A DNA stretch of 64,000 bases, taken from the NCBI GenBank assembly GCA_963801605.1, contig CAWDFP010000007.1, forward strand, positions 320,001 through 384,000, read 5' to 3'. A program made the position numbers and the translations under genes. The stretch is from an uncultured candidate division Zixibacteria bacterium (GTDB taxonomy: Bacteria; Zixibacteria; MSB-5A5; UBA10806). Below the pieces are notes generated by a model. It had not been told where the DNA came from. It did not search any database and saw only the letters and a list, made by a program, of their open reading frames with translations. Below, in pieces: positions 11,006 to 21,026 of this stretch (position 1 is the stretch's first letter; every line of letters begins with the position of its first letter).

Positions 11006-11858
11006 TGTTTCTCCTCCAAGTCGGCCAAACGTTTCTGAACCCACTGGTTTCGGCCTTCCGGGTATTTTTGCAAATAATCTCTATACAAAACCAACGCGCC
11101 TTTTTCATCACCTGATAAAGCCGTGTAATAACCGAGCATGGCGCTGGCGTCATCGGCCTCCCGTGACGTTGGGTATTTTGTGATAATATCCTGGCAGGTG
11201 GCGATAGCGGTTTTATAATCCTTTGATTCCGCTTGAGCCATCGATATTCCCTTCCAGGATCGTGAGGCGTAACCCCGTCGATTCTCAGGATCAAGCGCGA
11301 TAACTCTGATGGTAAAATTCTATGGCGCTTGCGATATTGTGTTCGTCCCAAATATTTTCCTGCAATAGTTAAAAGATATTCAGGATTATCCGGCTCATCC
11401 TCTAAGCGAGTCAGGTAATCTTCCAAAGTCTCTTTGCCCTGCAGGAAAAGATGTACCTGATTGTAGAATTCCGTGGCATCCATGTATCCTTCGATACGAT
11501 CAATCTCCGCGCCATCCGATTTTGCAATCACAGTGGTGGGATAGCCTGTTATCCCGAACCTTTCCGCCAACGCAGATTCAGTTTCGGCGTCGATTCTTAC
11601 GAAGATAAAATCGTTGGCCATCGAGATGATCAACGAATCCGCGAATGTAAGCGTATCGAAATCCTGGCAGTGTTGACACCAACTGGTATCGGCATAGAAT
11701 TCGATTATAAGCGGTAACTTGGCTTGAGCGGCCTGGCTTCTGGCGGTTTCAAAATCGTGCAGGAATGTAATCTGAGATGGGAGCGGCTTTGATTTTAACT
11801 GACAGCCGGCCGTCATAGCCAAAACCACCAGCATTAAAAATAAAGCTATCCGCTTCAT
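11002..11858 (-). CDS. Thioredoxin-fold plus TPR lipoprotein; frameshifted around 11245-11330
   Basis: Lipobox AMTAGC, WCQHC, GYPTT; TPR/YfiO-like helices (YPTSREADDA, YLQKYPEG) in ORF 11002..11241. Confidence 0.75.
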
Positions 11859-12145
11859 ATCAATTCCTCCGGCGGGACTATCGTCTCGACTATCTCTCGC
11901 GCCCTCGCTTCGCTTTCTTTCGAAACGAACAGGTTATAGTCGAAATAGCCTTGATTAAATGGCAGCATTCCACGGCTATGGTATCCGGCAACCGATTTAA
12001 CAAGCGCCGGAATCCCTTCGCTATCGAGCGCCTCAACCACCATTTCCAGATAAATCTGGCTCTTGGTTGTCAGCACTAACGATAAATCGCCATGTTGATC
12101 GCGCGAATTATCCTGCTTCTCGATCATACTGCCGGAAAATCTCAT
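11855..12145 (-). CDS. DUF2007-like putative signal-transducing protein
   Basis: EMVVEALDSEGIPALV...LFVSKESEARAREI pattern; ATGA overlaps at both ends. Confidence 0.7.
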   Translation of the reverse strand: MRFSGSMIEKQDNSRDQHGDLSLVLTTKSQIYLEMVVEALDSEGIPALVKSVAGYHSRGMLPFNQGYFDYNLFVSKESEARAREIVETIVPPEELI

Positions 12146-13476
12146 ACTACAGCCGCAAGCTCCGCAGCCAAATTATCGATTTGTTCTTTGGAACGCTTTT
12201 CCGTAACAGCGACCATCAAGCTTCCCCTCAAACCGAGATTGAACTTACCGAGATCGATTCCCGGCACAATCCCCTTTTTTGAAAGCTTGTTGATAAAATT
12301 AGTCGCCGATGCCGGAGCGTCAATTACGAATTCTTTGAAAAACGGCCCTTTGTATTTCAAAGAAAATCCGGGAATTGCCGTTATCTTACTTGCCGCATAA
12401 TGCGATTTCGAAAGACACAACTTTCCAACTTTCTCAAGGCCGATTTTTCCCAAAAGCGAAAGATAAACGGTCGCGGCCAGAGCGCAAAGCGCCTGGTTGG
12501 TGCAGATATTCGATGTTGCTCTATCGCGCCTGATATGCTGTTCTCTGGTCTGAAGCGTCAATACATATCCGGTGCGTCCATTTTTATCCTTGGTTCGTCC
12601 GGATAGACGGCCCGGAATGCGACGGATATAATCTTTTCGCGCCGAAAGTAATCCCAGGTACGGCCCGCCGAAATTGAGAGGCAGTCCCAGCGCCTGGCCT
12701 TCAGCTACCGCTATATCGACACCCATTTCTCCCGGAGACGCGAGAATCCCGAGAGACAATGGATCATAAACCATTATGAACGCGGCCCCAGCTTCTTTGG
12801 TTGGTTTAATCAATTCGGGAGTTTTCTCGATTATCCCAACGAAATTGGGGCTTTGAACTACTACCGCCGCCGTTTTATTGGTTAATTTGGCCTTTACATC
12901 GCTATGGCTTGTGAAGCCTTCAAAATCCTCTAGTGTACGAATTCTGATTTTCTGACCGGCGATATATGATCTCACGGTTGCGATATAATTGGGATTGACA
13001 AAACGCGAGATAAGCACTTCTCGTCTTCCGGTTTGTGCAACTGCCATCAGAATTGCCTCGGCTAAAGCGGTAGCGCCGTCGTACATCGAGGCATTAGTAA
13101 CTTCCATCGCCGTCAAACGGCTGATGAATGTTTGGAATTCGTAGATTGCCTGCAAAGTCCCCTGAGCGACTTCAGCCTGGTAGGGAGTATAAGCCGTGTA
13201 AAATTCGGAACGCAGAAGAATATGATCGACAGCGGCGGGCGCGAAATGATCGTATGCTCCCCCGCCGGTAAAATTAGCCGGTGCGTTAGTATTCTTAGCC
13301 GCCAGCTCCTTCAACAAAACAGTCAGTTCATGCTCTGAGAGCGCCTTGGGCAGGCTCAGCGGCTTATCGAGCAGAACATCCGGTGAGATACATTTTACCA
13401 AATCCGTAAACTCGGCGGCGCCGATCTCACTGAGCATCTGCCGACGGACTTCCGGTGAATTGGGTATATAACTCAT
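12142..13476 (-). CDS. gcvPA: Glycine dehydrogenase subunit 1
   Basis: EFYTAYTPYQAE, NASMYDGATA, FGGPYLG, QTREQHIRR, TSNICTNQ. Confidence 0.95.
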   Translation of the reverse strand: MSYIPNSPEVRRQMLSEIGAAEFTDLVKCISPDVLLDKPLSLPKALSEHELTVLLKELAAKNTNAPANFTGGGAYDHFAPAAVDHILLRSEFYTAYTPYQAEVAQGTLQAIYEFQTFISRLTAMEVTNASMYDGATALAEAILMAVAQTGRREVLISRFVNPNYIATVRSYIAGQKIRIRTLEDFEGFTSHSDVKAKLTNKTAAVVVQSPNFVGIIEKTPELIKPTKEAGAAFIMVYDPLSLGILASPGEMGVDIAVAEGQALGLPLNFGGPYLGLLSARKDYIRRIPGRLSGRTKDKNGRTGYVLTLQTREQHIRRDRATSNICTNQALCALAATVYLSLLGKIGLEKVGKLCLSKSHYAASKITAIPGFSLKYKGPFFKEFVIDAPASATNFINKLSKKGIVPGIDLGKFNLGLRGSLMVAVTEKRSKEQIDNLAAELAAVV

Positions 13477-13853
13477 AACTTCTTCAGTAAAGCCTCATAA
13501 TCTGCCGCCGACAGAAGCGATTGCAATTCTCCGGCGTTTGAATACTTAATTTTGATGATCCAGCCGTTGCCGTAGGGATCCTTGTTAATGACTGCCGCCT
13601 CATTGGCAACCTCACCATTAACAGCAACCACTTCGCCCGAGATCGGGCTGAAAAGATCGGAGATTGCCTTAACGGCTTCGATAGTCCCAAAGGCTTTCAT
13701 CTGCTGGACTTTGGTACCGATCTTTGGCATTTCCACGAATACGATATCGCCGAGTTCCCCGGCGGCGTAATCTGTAATGCCGATAATTGCTACGTTATTC
13801 TCAACTTTGACCCATTCATGCTCTTTGGTATATTTCAAATCGCTGGGTATCAC
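13473..13853 (-). CDS. gcvH: Glycine cleavage system H protein
   Basis: YTKEHEW, GITDYA, LGDIVFV, lipoyl-Lys in EAVKA, DPYGNGW. Confidence 0.97.
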   Translation of the reverse strand: MIPSDLKYTKEHEWVKVENNVAIIGITDYAAGELGDIVFVEMPKIGTKVQQMKAFGTIEAVKAISDLFSPISGEVVAVNGEVANEAAVINKDPYGNGWIIKIKYSNAGELQSLLSAADYEALLKKL

Positions 13854-15245
13854 ATTTCCTCCTTGGCCAATTGGCCTTCCTTAGACTCAGATTCATTTGC
13901 CCCGGTTGCCATAAACTTCTCAACAAAGGTATTATCATAAAGACCTAAAACAAAATCGCTATCCTTAAATACTCGCTTGTAGAAATCCCTCGTAGTGGGG
14001 ATTCCCTCGATTACAAGCTCATCCAAACACCGCAATACTTTGCTAATAGCCTCCTGACGGTTCCTGCCTGAAACAATAAGTTTGGCCAAAAGCGAATCAT
14101 AATTCGGCGGCACGTCGTACCCGCAATAAATATGAGTATCGACTCGCACGTTATGCCCGCCGGGAGCGATAAAGTTTGTTATCCTGCCGGGAGCTGGAGC
14201 GAAATTGCGCTCGGGATCTTCGGCATTGATTCGGCATTCGAAGGTATGCCCGGAAAAAGTAATTTCCTGTTGACTGAATGGTAACTTTTCTCCGGCCGCG
14301 ACCCTGATCTGCTCTTGCACCAGATCAATTCCGGTAACTTCCTCTGTAACCGGATGCTCCACCTGGATTCTGGTATTGGCCTCCATAAAGTAGTAGTTGC
14401 CGGACGGAATCAACTAAAAACTCGAAAGTTCCGGCGTTGGTATATCCCGCCGCCTTAGCCCCCGCAATAGCGGCCTGGCCCATCTTTTCGCGAAGGGGCA
14501 CAGTCATTACCGGCGACGGTGATTCCTCGATAAGCTTTTGATGACGGCGTTGAACTGTACAATCGCGTTCGCCCAAATGGACCACATTGCCATGCAGGTC
14601 AGCCAATATTTGTATCTCTATATGTCTCGGCTGAGCGATGTATCTTTCGAAGTAAACATCTGGATTTGCGAATGCTACGCTGGCCTCACCGCGTGCCCCG
14701 TCATAGTGTTTCTTTAGATCGGATGCTGCTGTCACCAAGCGCATGCCTCGCCCGCCGCCTCCAGCTACCGCTTTGATCATGATCGGGTAGCCTATTTGCT
14801 CGGCAATTGCCTCGGCGTTTTTATAATCGTCAACCACCCCGTCGGAGCCGGGAATTACACTTACTCCGGCGTTTTTCATCGTCTTTTTGGCCAGCGCCTT
14901 GTCTCCCAACGAACGGATGACATCATGTTTGGGGCCGATAAAGGTCATGTTGCACGATTGGCAGATTTCGGCAAAATCCGGATTTTCCGCTAAAAAGCCG
15001 TAACCCGGATGAATCGCATCGGCGCCCGTAATTTCCGCGGCCGAAATAATCCGACGCGGATCAAGATAGCTTTCCCCCGGCTGCGGAGGCCCGATACAAA
15101 TCTTTTCATCGGCATACCGCACGTGAAGGGAATTGAGATCAGCCTCGGAATAAACGGCGACTGTCTTGATACCGAGCTCTTTGCAGGCTCTGATTATCCG
15201 AAGAGCTATCTCTCCCCTGTTGGCAATTAAAATTTTTTCAAACAA
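13850..15245 (-). CDS. accC: Biotin carboxylase; frameshift near 14408
   Basis: [29 protein letters not shown] and QRRHQK, then [25 protein letters not shown] and YDSLLAK in the second frame. Confidence 0.93.
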
Positions 15246-15419
15246 AGCTTATCCCCTCTGTTTTATCAAAAACCAAGCCATTAATATACCATAATTCAAG
15301 CATCAATCAAAGAGTTTTTGGATGATAACTTAAGTTTATGTATGACTTCAAATTATTTTAATAGGAATCGTTTCGAATAAATTGATGAAATTAAGTTGGC
15401 AGTCGATTCTAAGTAATCT

Positions 15420-15450
15420 AAAGGGCCGCCCATTTCTGAACGGCCCCTTT
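15420..15450 (-). terminator. Putative terminator after the 1019-aa secreted protein
   Basis: GGGCCG...CGGCCC stem flanked by A- and T-runs. Confidence 0.45.
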
Positions 15451-15520
15451 CACCATTGGTGGTTCTATTTAGCCTGCAAGCTACCTAATGCTTTTGGCCA
15501 TTGTGCTATGACGTCACTTT

Positions 15521-18500
15521 CTATCTTGCCGGAGGGCAATCCGCGCAAGGATGAACCGCTGGTCCTCCCTTAAAATAACTTACCATAAAGGTCACATCGA
15601 GCCCGTTGAAAGAACATGACGCGTTGACGTCACCGGCTACATACCAGGTATGGCCCGGCGTACACTCACAACTGTATGGCGGAGGAGCGCCGCCTTTGAA
15701 GTAACCAACTGAATAGGTAACGTCGAGACCGTTGAATGAACCGGAATTGTTGGCATCGCCCACAATATACGTGCAGCCCTGCGGAGCGGTCTCAAGGCAA
15801 GGATTTTCTAAAGTGCGGGCTAAACCGGCGCGGGAAATAATATTGGCCGCGCTCGAACCGCCGATCTGAGCAAAAACCACAGTTACTGAATCGCCGGGAG
15901 CTATGGTGTACGGACCGGTGCTGATCATCGATCCCATATCGGTGTAGTAGTAAGGCATACCATCGACATCTGCCGATAATCGCGCCCACATCGAATCAGG
16001 CAGCCATCCGCTGTTGGGATAACTATATATCTCCTGACTGATAGATGTCAAATTCCTGAGCGGGGAATCGCTGACAAGCGCCCATCCATCATAAAAACTG
16101 GTCCCTATGCCCTGCTGAATGACTACCCCGTTAGCCCTGTCGAGAAACACGGTATCTGCCGTATCTACATCCCAATCCATATAAATACCGGCGAACAGAT
16201 TTGTAACCGCCGAGGATCCCGTATTAACCAGTCGATAGGTATGCAGGAATAGATCCACCGCCTCTGGTGGAGTGGTGTATCCCGCTCCGCAATAGCGGAC
16301 ATCAATGCCTAAAACATCGCCGTCGTCAAAACCGGCATTCGGATGGAACGGATCAGTCAAATCGAGATCGACATTACCTCTGGGTGGGGTCATCTCCGGA
16401 TTGTCTCCGTATTTCCACCAGAGATGGCTGGCGGAATTGCCGAAGACAAATGTTCCGGCGTAATCCTTGGCTCCCATGTTACGCCAGTTGAATGTATTCC
16501 CCTGAAGGGCATTTTCACCGAGAGCCGCAAAATTACTGACACCGACGTTGGGCACATTGCCGGTTCGAGCCAAACCAACCTGCGGAAAATCCGGGTTAGC
16601 CTCCCACGAGCAGCTTATCCAGTAGGTACTGCCGCATGGAATCTGGGTATAGCCTTGCTGGACCGACGCAAATAGCCAGTAGGTGCCATTTAATAATGCT
16701 GTCTGAATAACGGCAGTATCGCACGGTCCGGCGGACGCGGAGAATGAAATTCGCAAACTGTCGCATTCATAGCCGGCAGGACCGGGCTTAATAATAAAGA
16801 TATCCAGCGGAAATTCACCTGAGCCTGTATAGGTGAACGTGCCCCGCGTTGGCAGGTTAAGTAGATACCAATCGGTATCTCTCATTGTTGTGTCGTTTCG
16901 CACATACCATCCGGTTGTGCCGCAAATTGTCTGGCCGGGCGTAATTGGTGAGAAATTCACCGGCGTTTCATTGCAGCCGGCATTGAAGTTGTCGTAATAG
17001 CCGGGAGCGCAATCAGGCTCTCCTTCCGGAATAGCGAGCGGCGGGCATTCAACCATGCATGGGGTTACGGCAGTGATAGTTAAGTTATAATCCTGGCAGT
17101 TCTCGATTGGTTCATAAGTATCAACCAGGATATAGTACGTTCCGGCCGCCAAAGTGAGATTGGTAATTTTGGATGCCCCATACTCGGGCGTTGTACACCC
17201 GTCATCGTCTTCCGCGATAAAAGTGGTGCCACCGCAATCGTTCTCGCCCCAAACACCCAACCAGGTGTCGTACGTATTAGGAACGGTATTGCACAGCGAT
17301 ATATCCATGGTTGTTTCTTCACTCAAAACCATTTGATATACCACATCAGGACCTGTAAGATTGGAGGATGGCTGATAATCATCAGTCATATCGCAATTGG
17401 AACGAGTGTCAGTAAAGGGAATGCTGGGAATGCTTATCGGTACCGTACAGTTATCGCCGATTGTCGGAGTTGTAATCGTAAAGTTATAATTCGCGAATCC
17501 TGGAGGACGCGGCAAACCGCCATATTGGGCGGGAAGGATCTGTACGTAATATGTTCCGGCTGTCAGCGTTGCTGTAAACGATAGGTCTTCGCATGGTGGA
17601 ACGATATAGCCCGTAATAAAAGTGCCCGGACAAGGCGACCTGAATATGTACACGAGAAGTAGAAAATCGGCCTTGCCCTGGACAAGAATATCATCATCCG
17701 TGGCCAGAGTAAACTCATACCAATCAATATCTCTGTTAGCATAAGGGTACTTGACCCAGGTGGCGGTAGTCCCGCACATCGTTTGACCTATAGTATAGGG
17801 CGTAAATGGCCCGCCCGGCGATGTGCATCCCAGATTGTAGGTGTCGACATAGTCCGAATCAGCTATAACCTCGCCTTCCGGTATTCCTCCGGGTGGGCAA
17901 GTGGCCGTGCACGGCTGTTCGGTGCAGCTCAAGATCGCATGATAATATCCCGGTGTGCCGGCGCCTAATGTCCTAACTCTGAAATAATAGGTTCCGGGAG
18001 GTACAAATTGCGCATACATATCCGCAAAGCCGCTGCTGGGAGAATCATAACCAATGAGGGCTGAAAATAGTGAGGTTGTCGTATCGTACAGCTGCACTCT
18101 GGCTCCTGCAATTGCGGGTTCGCATTCCGCGCGATCCGGAGCATAAGTATAAACCTCAACTTGCCACAGCGGATAGGTGTTGTCCAGCGTGAATACAAAA
18201 TAATCGCTTGGATCAGTGCTGTTGTCCAGATAACCGCAAAAAACGGTATCTCCATTACTAATCGGGTTTGCCTCTTCTCTCAAGTTATTTGGTTCGGTAT
18301 CTTCAACCTGAACCAAAGTTGTCGGTGAATTAATGCGAATTGGCAAACCGTAATCCAGCGACATATCTGCGGCGTCGTATTCAATTTTGTTTTCCGGTAA
18401 TTGCCCGTTGGCAAGATGAATTGCTCTTGAGGACGATTGTACGGTTGAGGCAGGCGCTCCTTGAAGAGCCATTTGTGATGTACTCAGATTTTGATGCCCC

Positions 18501-18580
18501 TCGCGAATCGCCGTTGATGCCGCATTTCCAAGAGCGTATACCGCAAATAGTGCCAATACTAACAACAATAACTTCTTCAT
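15521..18580 (-). CDS. Large secreted modular protein with PPC-like beta-sandwich repeats, Cys-rich linkers and a C-terminal dockerin
   Basis: Signal peptide; repeated DxDWY...GTYY modules; duplicated CPP.(G/A)IPEGE...N.GC...GQT.CGT units; dockerin GDANNSGSFNGLDV / GDVNASCSFNGLDV. Confidence 0.8.
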   Translation of the reverse strand: MKKLLLLVLALFAVYALGNAASTAIREGHQNLSTSQMALQGAPASTVQSSSRAIHLANGQLPENKIEYDAADMSLDYGLPIRINSPTTLVQVEDTEPNNLREEANPISNGDTVFCGYLDNSTDPSDYFVFTLDNTYPLWQVEVYTYAPDRAECEPAIAGARVQLYDTTTSLFSALIGYDSPSSGFADMYAQFVPPGTYYFRVRTLGAGTPGYYHAILSCTEQPCTATCPPGGIPEGEVIADSDYVDTYNLGCTSPGGPFTPYTIGQTMCGTTATWVKYPYANRDIDWYEFTLATDDDILVQGKADFLLLVYIFRSPCPGTFITGYIVPPCEDLSFTATLTAGTYYVQILPAQYGGLPRPPGFANYNFTITTPTIGDNCTVPISIPSIPFTDTRSNCDMTDDYQPSSNLTGPDVVYQMVLSEETTMDISLCNTVPNTYDTWLGVWGENDCGGTTFIAEDDDGCTTPEYGASKITNLTLAAGTYYILVDTYEPIENCQDYNLTITAVTPCMVECPPLAIPEGEPDCAPGYYDNFNAGCNETPVNFSPITPGQTICGTTGWYVRNDTTMRDTDWYLLNLPTRGTFTYTGSGEFPLDIFIIKPGPAGYECDSLRISFSASAGPCDTAVIQTALLNGTYWLFASVQQGYTQIPCGSTYWISCSWEANPDFPQVGLARTGNVPNVGVSNFAALGENALQGNTFNWRNMGAKDYAGTFVFGNSASHLWWKYGDNPEMTPPRGNVDLDLTDPFHPNAGFDDGDVLGIDVRYCGAGYTTPPEAVDLFLHTYRLVNTGSSAVTNLFAGIYMDWDVDTADTVFLDRANGVVIQQGIGTSFYDGWALVSDSPLRNLTSISQEIYSYPNSGWLPDSMWARLSADVDGMPYYYTDMGSMISTGPYTIAPGDSVTVVFAQIGGSSAANIISRAGLARTLENPCLETAPQGCTYIVGDANNSGSFNGLDVTYSVGYFKGGAPPPYSCECTPGHTWYVAGDVNASCSFNGLDVTFMVSYFKGGPAVHPCADCPPAR

Positions 18581-18879
18581 ATCTTTCTCCCTTAACTTAG
18601 ATGGGATTATTATTCTAAGTAACCAAACGCGATTAGCCTGATCTCCTTTTTGGTCAATTGGTTAAAAGAATGAAGGCGTCAATACTAATAGTTAAAGTTT
18701 CTATCTCCTCGCTGACCTCCTTTCGAGAAAACACTTAAAACGACGGTTGATTGATAAAGCTTTATAAGTATATAATAGATCGCTTCTAGCCCATTCTAAA
18801 TAAATGGGCTTTTTGGTATTTTGTCAATATTTTTTTTGGGGGAAAGCCGATTATTAATGCCAGGAGGCAGTTTATACTT

Positions 18880-18966
18880 CGGAGAGGCAGGGATTCGAAC
18901 CCTGGGAGCCCTCACAGGCTCAACGGTTTTCGAGACCGCCCCTTTCGACCGCTCAGGCACCTCTCC
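18880..18966 (-). tRNA. tRNA-Ser (CGA)
   Basis: GGAGAGG...GCGGT-CTCGAAA-ACCGT, long variable arm, GGTTCGAATCCC, CCTCTCCG. Confidence 0.95.
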
Positions 18967-18973
18967 GAGGTTG

Positions 18974-19002
18974 AATATAGAGAAAGCCGTCATTTCCGGC
19001 AA
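18974..19002 (-). promoter_or_regulatory. Sigma70 promoter of tRNA-Ser
   Basis: TTGCCG-N17-TATATT, ending 7 nt before the tRNA 5' end. Confidence 0.6.
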
Positions 19003-19013
19003 GAGCATTGTGA

Positions 19014-19241
19014 CTGACCTTCAAGACGGGGTTCCGCTCGTCCCGATTAAAAATCGGGACGCGGAAATCCGATTCGCGCTGGCTTTCAGGCAATCATTGG
19101 AGTGGTATGCTTAGTTTGGTCCAGAGGAACTCAGATAGCATGACTACCGCGCAATCGCATTTCCGTCTTTCGGTCCCCTGTACCGAAAGGCGGAAGCCCG
19201 GCCACGCCTCTTCCCTCATCTTAACGATAGCCATAGGTCAG
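19014..19241. ncRNA. Candidate structured non-coding RNA, family unassigned
   Basis: Closing stem CTGACCT/AGGTCAG encloses several nested stems (see findings); GC-richer than the flanks; no credible ORF. Confidence 0.45.
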
Positions 19242-19342
19242 ACGCCCTGGTGTCCAACTTTCCGTATACTGATAATCCCTTAGAAACTCCTTGACAGATT
19301 ATCTCTATCGGGCTATTTAGGATTAAAATTACTGGAGGTGAT

Positions 19343-19684
19343 ATGAAAAAATTAATCGCGATAACCATTTTAGCACTTGCCATGTTTGCGATCAGTTGCG
19401 ACCGTCAAAAGGCGCTCGATAGGGTCATGGCCGATCCTCAAATGAAAAATTATCTTATGGGTGAAATGCTGAAAAATGAAACCACCAAAGCCCAATTGAC
19501 AGATTCGATATTCGCCGACACCATGATTACCAGTCGATATCTCGACAAGCTTATTTCGGACGAAAATGCGCGCACCGATCTTTTTAACAGAATGCTTCGT
19601 GTCGACCCCACGGGTGATTGGCTTATAAGGAAATTATCGGAAAATCCGGATATTAAAACTAAAATGCGCCAGTTGCCCAAATAA
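19343..19684 (+). CDS. Small lipoprotein of unknown function
   Basis: GGAGG RBS, lipobox AISC, upstream TTGACA-N17-TATTTA. Confidence 0.8.
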   Translation: MKKLIAITILALAMFAISCDRQKALDRVMADPQMKNYLMGEMLKNETTKAQLTDSIFADTMITSRYLDKLISDENARTDLFNRMLRVDPTGDWLIRKLSENPDIKTKMRQLPK

Positions 19685-19703
19685 TTTCGCAAAATTATAT
19701 TTT

Positions 19704-19737
19704 AAAAGCCGCTCGGATTTATTGAAGAGCGGCTTTT
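19704..19737. terminator. Bidirectional intrinsic terminator
   Basis: AAAAGCCGCTC...GAGCGGCTTTT between convergent genes. Confidence 0.75.
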
Positions 19738-19790
19738 ATTTTTAGCTAGATTATTTTTGAATAGTGCTAAACAAATATAAACGTTGATTA

Positions 19791-21026
19791 TTATCGATTA
19801 GAATTCTTTTCTATTTTTTCCATCAAACGCCTCTGACGCTTTTTTAATCCTATCAACGTATTTTGAAACGATGATTCCGAAACATATTCGCGATCAAATT
19901 CGATTATTCGGAGAGCTAAATTGGTATAATCAAGCGCCTTTTGATGATCCTTGAGCCGATGTTCATGATACTTGGCCAGCTCGATATGGGGATAACATCC
20001 AAAACGTCCCGAGCGAAGCATCTTATTCCAGATTTTTAGAGCTTCACCCCAATCTTTCATTTTACTGGCGGCCCGGGAATGCAGCCGCAGACTTTCGTCG
20101 GCAATATCGCGCGATGAAAATTGCGGTTTGATACATGAAAAAAGCTCCCTGGAACGCTGCCACTGGCCGGTTTTAAATAGTATCCGTCCCAATGAGAGAA
20201 ATAAAAGATCATCTTCGTAGGAATGCTCTAACGCCAACTCCACTCGTCGTAACGTTTCCTGCGCCAGCATATAAAGACTGACTATATCGTTGCGGTTATG
20301 ATTTAGAATCGGAAGCAGTATTGTTTCATCGCGATTTTGCAGATAATCAAAATAGATTCGCGGGATCAAATGCCCCGGCACATCATCTTCCCTTTCGAAC
20401 CCCACGATCTTTGCCTCGAGATTCGTAAGATTCAAAGAATCAAAATGCCGCTTGTATAATCGACGGCAGGGATGGATGAAATCCAAATGATGATGATCGC
20501 CGAATGGTATCTCCATACGATTGATACGAAATCTGGTGCGTAGCAGCGGCATATCGAAAGTTTTGCCGTTATATGTAAGAATCGATGTAGTCCCTGCCAG
20601 GTCCGATGCAAAAGCGCTGAGTTGTGCCGGTTCCTCGGAAAAATCACGAAGAATATATTGCCTGACTACAAATTGTTTATCCGCCCAGAAACCGATCCCG
20701 ATGATGAATGGATATGTACCGGTGCCGCCTGCCAGGCCGGTTGTTTCGGTATCGATTACAGCTGCCTTATCGAATCCAAAACCGCCCCGGTAGCAGAAAG
20801 GATCGAGGATTTCGAGAGACGAACTTGGCACCTGCGAACGAAGTTCCACCTGGCCATGCAAATACCCCTCATCGAATAATGTCTCGATCATCCAGATCGG
20901 GCCATAATCCGTTTGACGAACAGACCCTTCCGGCGGAATCTTAAAAAGATCGGGCTTCTGAGCCTTGGGATTCGCTTTTGCCTGTCTTAGCGCCTCATAT
21001 AGTCGTTTTTCAAGATCCATCGTCAA
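19791..21026 (-). CDS. YprB-like RNase H-fold exonuclease domain with C-terminal TPR
   Basis: IDTETTGLAGGTG, TYNGKTFD, HLD, REDDVPG..IP.IYF, HNRNDI, ELAKYHEH. Confidence 0.85.
   Translation of the reverse strand: MTMDLEKRLYEALRQAKANPKAQKPDLFKIPPEGSVRQTDYGPIWMIETLFDEGYLHGQVELRSQVPSSSLEILDPFCYRGGFGFDKAAVIDTETTGLAGGTGTYPFIIGIGFWADKQFVVRQYILRDFSEEPAQLSAFASDLAGTTSILTYNGKTFDMPLLRTRFRINRMEIPFGDHHHLDFIHPCRRLYKRHFDSLNLTNLEAKIVGFEREDDVPGHLIPRIYFDYLQNRDETILLPILNHNRNDIVSLYMLAQETLRRVELALEHSYEDDLLFLSLGRILFKTGQWQRSRELFSCIKPQFSSRDIADESLRLHSRAASKMKDWGEALKIWNKMLRSGRFGCYPHIELAKYHEHRLKDHQKALDYTNLALRIIEFDREYVSESSFQNTLIGLKKRQRRLMEKIEKNSNR

Noticed and set aside
2551..15245. Programmed frameshifting or pseudogenes in gdhA, gcvPB and accC
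   Set aside because: I saw no shared slippery motif and no other decay; breaks are scattered across unrelated genes, so sequencing error is the simpler explanation.
6700..19000. tRNA-anchored genomic island or prophage
   Set aside because: There is no integrase or phage gene, I saw no duplicated tRNA 3' end, and the intervening genes are housekeeping.
19014..19262. Assignment of the structured element to SRP RNA, tRNA-Sec, tmRNA, RNase P, or a TPP, c-di-AMP, cobalamin or glycine riboswitch
   Set aside because: Only isolated short look-alike words occur (GGTACAGGGGACC, CTGAG, CTTTCAGG); the required ordered conserved cores are missing.
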